From contig CANSAJ010000005.1 in assembly GCA_947644695.1 (NCBI GenBank), positions 2,306-66,305 of the forward strand: 64,000 bases of DNA. The letters run 5' to 3'. Within the stretch, counting starts at the first letter, position 1. Each line of letters begins with the position of its first letter. A program made the position numbers and the translations under genes. The DNA is from an uncultured Bacillota bacterium. GTDB lineage: Bacteria; Bacillota_I; Bacilli_A; RF39; UBA660. The notes beneath the pieces are model-generated. The model saw only the letters and a program-made list of their open reading frames with translations, had not been told where the DNA came from and searched no databases. Positions 59,035-64,000 of the stretch are shown here, in pieces.

Positions 59035-60493
59035 AAAAAGTATATATTGGGGGTGCTTATTCGCAATAGTACTTACCAGCCTAATATTTATTCTAGGATT
59101 AGACAGAAAAACTTACACCGAATATCCAGTTACAGTATATCAAGTTTATTTAAACGGAAATACAATTGGAGTAATCGAAGATGAACAAGATTTATATAAT
59201 TTAATTGATAAAGAACAAAAAAATCTAAAAAATGAATATAATGTAAAAAAAATATATGCACCTATAGGATTAGAAACAACTAAATTAGTAACATACGAAG
59301 GAAAAGTAGATACAGTAAGCGATGTTTATGATAAAATCAAAGACGTTGAACCATTTACTGTAAAAGGTTACGAAATAACAATAACACATAGTGAAGACAA
59401 TATAGAAAAATTAAATGTCTTAAATAAAGAAGACTTTGATGCTGCAGTAGAAAGTACAATAAAAGCCTTTGTAGACGATGAAACATATGAGAAATACTTA
59501 AAAAATGAACAAGAAGAAATAGTAACAACTGGTACAAAAGTAGCAGATATCTCATTAAGAGAAAATATAACTATAAAAGAAAAATACATAAGTACAGAAG
59601 ATGATATCTACACAGATGCAAGTAGACTAAGTAGATACATGCTATTTGGAACTGAAGAAACACAAGGAACACACATAGTATCTGCTGGTCAAACTATAAA
59701 AGACATAGCAGATCAATATGAACTAAATGTAAAAGAATTCTTAATAGTTAATCCAGACATAATAAGTGAAAATGCTTTATTATTTACAGGACAAGAAGTT
59801 AATGTAGGACTAGTAAATCCTATAATTAGTGTAGTTGTTGAAAATAATTTAGTAGAAGATAAAGTTATACCTTATGGACAAGAAGTAAAATATGATGATA
59901 AATTGATTGTTGGTACGACTTATACAGAACAACAAGGTAAAGATGGTCTTAGCAGAGTAGAATATTACACAGAAACTATTAATGGAGTAATGACACAAGT
60001 TGTTCCAGTAAAGACAGAAGAAGTAACTCCTGTAATTAACGAAATAGTTGTAAAAGGAGGATTATCTTCTAACTATATAGGTGAAACAGGCAAATGGGCA
60101 TGGCCTACAATAAGACCATATGTTATAACATCTGAATTTGGTTGGAGAACAGATCCAGTAGACGGTACTCGTTCATTCCACAGAGGTATAGATATCTCAG
60201 GAACAGGATATGGATCAAATATATTTGCTGCACAATCAGGAACAATAACTAGATTAGGTTATGCTTGGGATATGGGTAATTATATATATATTAAACATAG
60301 TGATGATGTTGAAACAATATATATGCATTTAAGTGACTTTGCACCAGAAATGGCAGTTGGTAAAATAGTATATAAAGGAGACGTTATTGGCTATATGGGA
60401 AGCTCAGGAAAAAGCACAGGAACGCACTTAGACTTCCGTGTAGTAGTAAATGGTCAATATGTTGACCCATACTTATTAACATACGATAAATAA
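59027..60493 (+). CDS. Cell-wall endopeptidase, LysM-G5-M23
   Basis: TM anchor, LysM (HIVSAGQTIKDIA), G5 (QQGKDG...EIVVKG), M23 HRGID, YMHL, STGTHLDF. Confidence 0.92.
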   Translation: MNRKSIYWGCLFAIVLTSLIFILGLDRKTYTEYPVTVYQVYLNGNTIGVIEDEQDLYNLIDKEQKNLKNEYNVKKIYAPIGLETTKLVTYEGKVDTVSDVYDKIKDVEPFTVKGYEITITHSEDNIEKLNVLNKEDFDAAVESTIKAFVDDETYEKYLKNEQEEIVTTGTKVADISLRENITIKEKYISTEDDIYTDASRLSRYMLFGTEETQGTHIVSAGQTIKDIADQYELNVKEFLIVNPDIISENALLFTGQEVNVGLVNPIISVVVENNLVEDKVIPYGQEVKYDDKLIVGTTYTEQQGKDGLSRVEYYTETINGVMTQVVPVKTEEVTPVINEIVVKGGLSSNYIGETGKWAWPTIRPYVITSEFGWRTDPVDGTRSFHRGIDISGTGYGSNIFAAQSGTITRLGYAWDMGNYIYIKHSDDVETIYMHLSDFAPEMAVGKIVYKGDVIGYMGSSGKSTGTHLDFRVVVNGQYVDPYLLTYDK

Positions 60494-61251
60494 TGAAAAT
60501 TGTAGTACTAGGAAGCGGTTCTAAAGGAAACTCTACATTTATAGATTTGGGAAAACACAAAATTCTTATAGATGTAGGGTTTTCCTATAAAACAATCAAA
60601 GAAAAATTAGAAAAAATAAACATTGACCCAAAAGAAATAACAGAAGTATTGATAACCCATGATCACCACGATCATACTTATGGACTAAAAATGTTTATTA
60701 ATAAAGTAAATCCGTATTTATATATTACTCCTGAAATTGAAAAGGCAATTTTAGAAGAACCTTATGAAAAAAGCATATATATAACAGATGAAATGTTTAT
60801 AGATAATTCACTTATCAAAATAATTCCAACATCACATGACGCAATTACTTCAAATGGATACTTAATTGAAACAGAAGAAGAAAGTGTTGTTTACATAACT
60901 GATACGGGATATATAAATTTAAGATATATGCCCTACTTAACTGATAAAACATACTATATACTAGAAAGTAATCATGACACAGAAAGATTAATAAATGGCC
61001 CTTATCCAGAATATTTACAAAGAAGAGTTTTAAGCGATAAAGGACATTTATCTAACGAATTATGTGCAGGATATTTATCTAAAATGGTAGGACCTCATAC
61101 AAAAAAAATAATATTAGCTCATCTTTCAGAAATAAATAATACAGAAGAAATAGCATTAGATACAACTACCAAAATTTTAAAAGATAATAATATTGACTTC
61201 AATGAAATAATCTGTGCTAAACAATACGATATTACTGAGGTAAATATATGA
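60493..61251 (+). CDS. walJ: Metallo-beta-lactamase-fold nuclease WalJ/YycJ
   Basis: LGSGSKGN, THDHHDH, ESNHD, GHLSN, HLSEINNT. Confidence 0.92.
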   Translation: MKIVVLGSGSKGNSTFIDLGKHKILIDVGFSYKTIKEKLEKINIDPKEITEVLITHDHHDHTYGLKMFINKVNPYLYITPEIEKAILEEPYEKSIYITDEMFIDNSLIKIIPTSHDAITSNGYLIETEEESVVYITDTGYINLRYMPYLTDKTYYILESNHDTERLINGPYPEYLQRRVLSDKGHLSNELCAGYLSKMVGPHTKKIILAHLSEINNTEEIALDTTTKILKDNNIDFNEIICAKQYDITEVNI

Positions 61252-61685
61252 TAAAAATAATATGTATTGGAAAAATAAAAGAAAACTATTTAACTGAATT
61301 AATAAATGATTATAAAACAAGAATCAACAAATACCATAAATTAGAAATAATTGAACTAAAAGACTCTAACATTGTTAAAGAAAAAGAAGAAATATTAAAA
61401 GTTATCAACAAAAATGATTATATAATAACTATGTGCATTAACGGAAAATCATATACAACAATAGAATTTAAAGAAAAAATAGAAAACTTATTAACATATG
61501 GAAAATCAAATATAACTTTTATTATAGGCGGTAGCGATGGCTTAGATAAGGAAATTATTAACATTAGCAATGAGCAAATATCTTTCTCTAAACTAACTTA
61601 TCCACATGGACTTTTTAGAGGCTTACTTCTAGAACAAATATACCGTACATTTAAAATAATTAATGGTGAAACATATCATAAATAA
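61248..61685 (+). CDS. rlmH: 23S rRNA pseudouridine-1915 methyltransferase
   Basis: FIIGGSDGL, TYPHGLFR, EQIYR, YHK. Confidence 0.97.
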   Translation: MIKIICIGKIKENYLTELINDYKTRINKYHKLEIIELKDSNIVKEKEEILKVINKNDYIITMCINGKSYTTIEFKEKIENLLTYGKSNITFIIGGSDGLDKEIINISNEQISFSKLTYPHGLFRGLLLEQIYRTFKIINGETYHK

Positions 61686-61776
61686 AAAATAATGGCAAGT
61701 AATTGCTATTTTTTTCTTAATAGTAGAAAAATAATGTATAATTTGATATAATCATATAGATAAAAGGATAAAAGAA

Positions 61777-62655
61777 ATGAAAAATAACCATAAAAAAGAA
61801 ATAATAAATTTTATGATTTTTATTTTAGGAGTATTTATAGTATCGGCAACATTTAATATATTTTGTGTGCCTAATAATTATGTAACTGGTGGACTAAGTG
61901 GTATTAGTATTGTATTTAAAAGCTTATTCAATATAGAAGTAAGTAGTACACTCCTTATTGGAAATATATTTCTAATAACTGTAGGAATATTAGTATTAGG
62001 AGTCAAAGAAACTACACCAAGCATAATCGGATCATGTTTTTATACTGCAGCAGTACACTTAACTCAAAATTTAAACGCTATAATTGACATTCATTTTAAC
62101 TCTACTTTTTTAATTGTTATTACTATGGGTATCCTTTTTGGAATTGGATATGCATTAGTATACCTAGCAGGATATTCTACAGGAGGTTCAGACATAATTG
62201 GAATAATTTTTCAAAAGAAATTTAAAATGCCTCTAGGCCAATCTTTACTAATCATAAACATAATAATATTAGCATTAGGAACAGTAATATTTGGATTTGA
62301 AATGTTAGTAATAGCTATAATATCTAAATTTATTGAAACTAAAGTAATAGATAGCTTTCTTATTGGAAGAAGTGATTCAAAAGTAATGTTTATAAGTTCA
62401 GAAAAACTAAAAGATATAAATAAATACATAATAGATGAAATGAAAAGTGGAACAAGTGAACTAGAAATAACAAGTGGATATAAACATACTAAAGGAAAAA
62501 TATTAATGTGTGTATTACCTACAGAAAAATACATAAAATTAAAAGAAAAAATAAAAAAAATAGACCCACAAGCATTTATAACAATATTAGATGCATATGA
62601 AGTTTATGGAGGAACAAACAGATATAAATTCCCATTACATGATTTAAGGATGTAA
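61777..62655 (+). CDS. YitT-family membrane protein
   Basis: TGGLSGI, STGGSDII, IDPQAFI...EVYGG. Confidence 0.92.
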   Translation: MKNNHKKEIINFMIFILGVFIVSATFNIFCVPNNYVTGGLSGISIVFKSLFNIEVSSTLLIGNIFLITVGILVLGVKETTPSIIGSCFYTAAVHLTQNLNAIIDIHFNSTFLIVITMGILFGIGYALVYLAGYSTGGSDIIGIIFQKKFKMPLGQSLLIINIIILALGTVIFGFEMLVIAIISKFIETKVIDSFLIGRSDSKVMFISSEKLKDINKYIIDEMKSGTSELEITSGYKHTKGKILMCVLPTEKYIKLKEKIKKIDPQAFITILDAYEVYGGTNRYKFPLHDLRM

Positions 62656-62675
62656 GACTAATAAAGGAGGTCAAA

Positions 62676-63374
62676 ATGAATTTAATAGAAATAAAAAATA
62701 CTTACAAACAATATAAAAATGGAGTAACTGCTTTATGTGATTTAACTTTATCAATACCTAAAGGTGATTTTGTATTTTTAGTGGGCGCAAGTGGCTCAGG
62801 AAAAAGTACTTTAATAAAACTTCTATACAGACAAGAAAAACCAACAAGAGGAGAAGTTTATGTAGGTGGAATAAATGTAGCAAAACTTAGAAATAGAAAA
62901 GTATATAAATTGAGAAGAAAACTAGGAATAGTATTCCAAGATTATAAATTGCTTCCAGGAATGACAGTATATGAAAATGTGGCTTTTGCATTAGAAATAT
63001 ATGGACTACCAGAAAGAGAAGTAAGAAAAAAAGTTATGAATGCTATAGAAAAAGTAGGATTAAAAGAAAAATTTAGAAGTTATCCAGACCAATTATCAGG
63101 TGGAGAACAACAACGTGTATCAATCGCACGAGCTATAGTAAACAACCCTAAAATATTAATATGTGATGAGCCAACAGGTAATTTAGATCCTAATACATCA
63201 CTGGAAATTATGGAATTTATAAATAAAATAAATGAAGAAGGAACAACTATAATAATGGCAACACATGATAAAGACATTGTAAACACATACAAAAAAAGAG
63301 TAATAACTTTAGAAAAAGGAATCCTCATAAGTGATAAAGAAAAAGGAGGATATAAAACAAATGAAAGCATTTAG
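62676..63374 (+). CDS. ftsE: Cell division ATP-binding protein FtsE
   Basis: GASGSGKS, LRRKLGIVFQDYKLL, LSGGEQQR, DEPTGNLDP. Confidence 0.97.
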   Translation: MNLIEIKNTYKQYKNGVTALCDLTLSIPKGDFVFLVGASGSGKSTLIKLLYRQEKPTRGEVYVGGINVAKLRNRKVYKLRRKLGIVFQDYKLLPGMTVYENVAFALEIYGLPEREVRKKVMNAIEKVGLKEKFRSYPDQLSGGEQQRVSIARAIVNNPKILICDEPTGNLDPNTSLEIMEFINKINEEGTTIIMATHDKDIVNTYKKRVITLEKGILISDKEKGGYKTNESI

Positions 63375-64000
63375 AATATTAATAAAAAATATAAGTGACG
63401 GCTTCAAAAGTGTATTTAGAAATTTTTCACTAAGCCTAGCAAGTATATCTTGTATCACGATTACTTTAATTTTGGTAGCTATAGCTATAATATTATCAGA
63501 GAATGTTAATAAATTTACAGATGATATTGAAAAAGATGTTACTATAGTAGTTTATATAGAAAAAAACACTCAACAAATTGATATAGATGCAACAAAAGAA
63601 AAAATAGAAGCATTAAGAAATATAGAAAGTATTACTTTTACTTCTAAAGAAGAAATAAGACAAGAAATGTCTAAAGATTCAGATGGACTAGGAACAATAT
63701 TAGGAGAATATAACGAATCAAATAATCCATTGTTAGATGAATTCTTAGTTAAAGTAACAGATACAGAGAAAATAGGAGAAACAGCAAATAGAATAAAAGA
63801 ATTACCATTTATAAACGCCGTAAAATATGGAGAAGGAATGGTAGAACAACTTGTAAAAGTATTTGACGTTGTTAAAAAAATAACATTTGTAATAGTAGTT
63901 GGACTTGTAATAGTAACAGCATTCCTAATAAGTAATACAATAAAAATAACAATAAATAATAGAAAAAGACAAATAGAAATCATGAGATTAGTAGGTGCAT
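63361..64000 (+). CDS. ftsX: Cell division permease FtsX (partial, runs off the window)
   Basis: Not in ORF track. MKAFRILIKNISDGFKSVFRNFSLSLASIS...LISNTIKITINNRKRQIEIMRLVGA. Confidence 0.95.
   Translation, partial: MKAFRILIKNISDGFKSVFRNFSLSLASISCITITLILVAIAIILSENVNKFTDDIEKDVTIVVYIEKNTQQIDIDATKEKIEALRNIESITFTSKEEIRQEMSKDSDGLGTILGEYNESNNPLLDEFLVKVTDTEKIGETANRIKELPFINAVKYGEGMVEQLVKVFDVVKKITFVIVVGLVIVTAFLISNTIKITINNRKRQIEIMRLVGA

Noticed and set aside
1-64000. tRNA or rRNA genes
   Set aside because: No cloverleaf or rRNA-like GC-rich segment recognised in any intergenic gap (by eye; tRNAscan-SE not run).

Overview
Very AT-rich chromosomal window spanning the replication origin (oriC, about 32.2-34.0 kb) of a walled, apparently spore-forming, genome-reduced Bacillota member. 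An RF39-like Bacilli lineage is my inference from gene content and composition. The standard genetic code is supported by prfB with its CTT-TGA frameshift. Genes diverge from oriC. Leftward on the - strand: dnaA-dnaN-comK-recF-gyrB-gyrA, a 1.1 kb gene-free parS array, SRP RNA, tadA-dnaX-ybaB-recR-bofA-holB-ricT-trmN6-rsmI-pth-mfd, spoVT, rpmE, rpiB, spoIID-spoIIQ-spoIIID, a complete agr locus, csp-hpf-secA, and the end of a tyrosine-integrase element. Rightward on the + strand: rpmH-rnpA-yidC-jag, a small GNAT-carrying islet, mnmE-mnmG-rsmG-noc, rpoE-prfA-prmC-spoIIR-mntP-murA, then rplI-dnaB-M23-walJ-rlmH-yitT-ftsEX. Genes missing or truncated in the ORF track were read directly from the sequence (agrD, spoIIID, rpmH, SRP RNA, full prfB, ftsX, a replication initiator at the left edge). 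Best leads: (1) a tandem-amplified array of 6 parS sites plus 1 relic, with no parAB in the window; (2) a Noc lacking the membrane-targeting helix but carrying a long Pro/Gln-rich insertion, with two perfect NBS sites; (3) a convergent agrBD/agrAC locus predicting a six-residue thiolactone peptide; (4) comK inserted between dnaN and recF behind three phased Spo0A boxes; (5) a 1.15 kb non-autonomous integrative islet; (6) two genes that seem to start at ATA. No database searches were run; family calls rest on recognised motifs and synteny.
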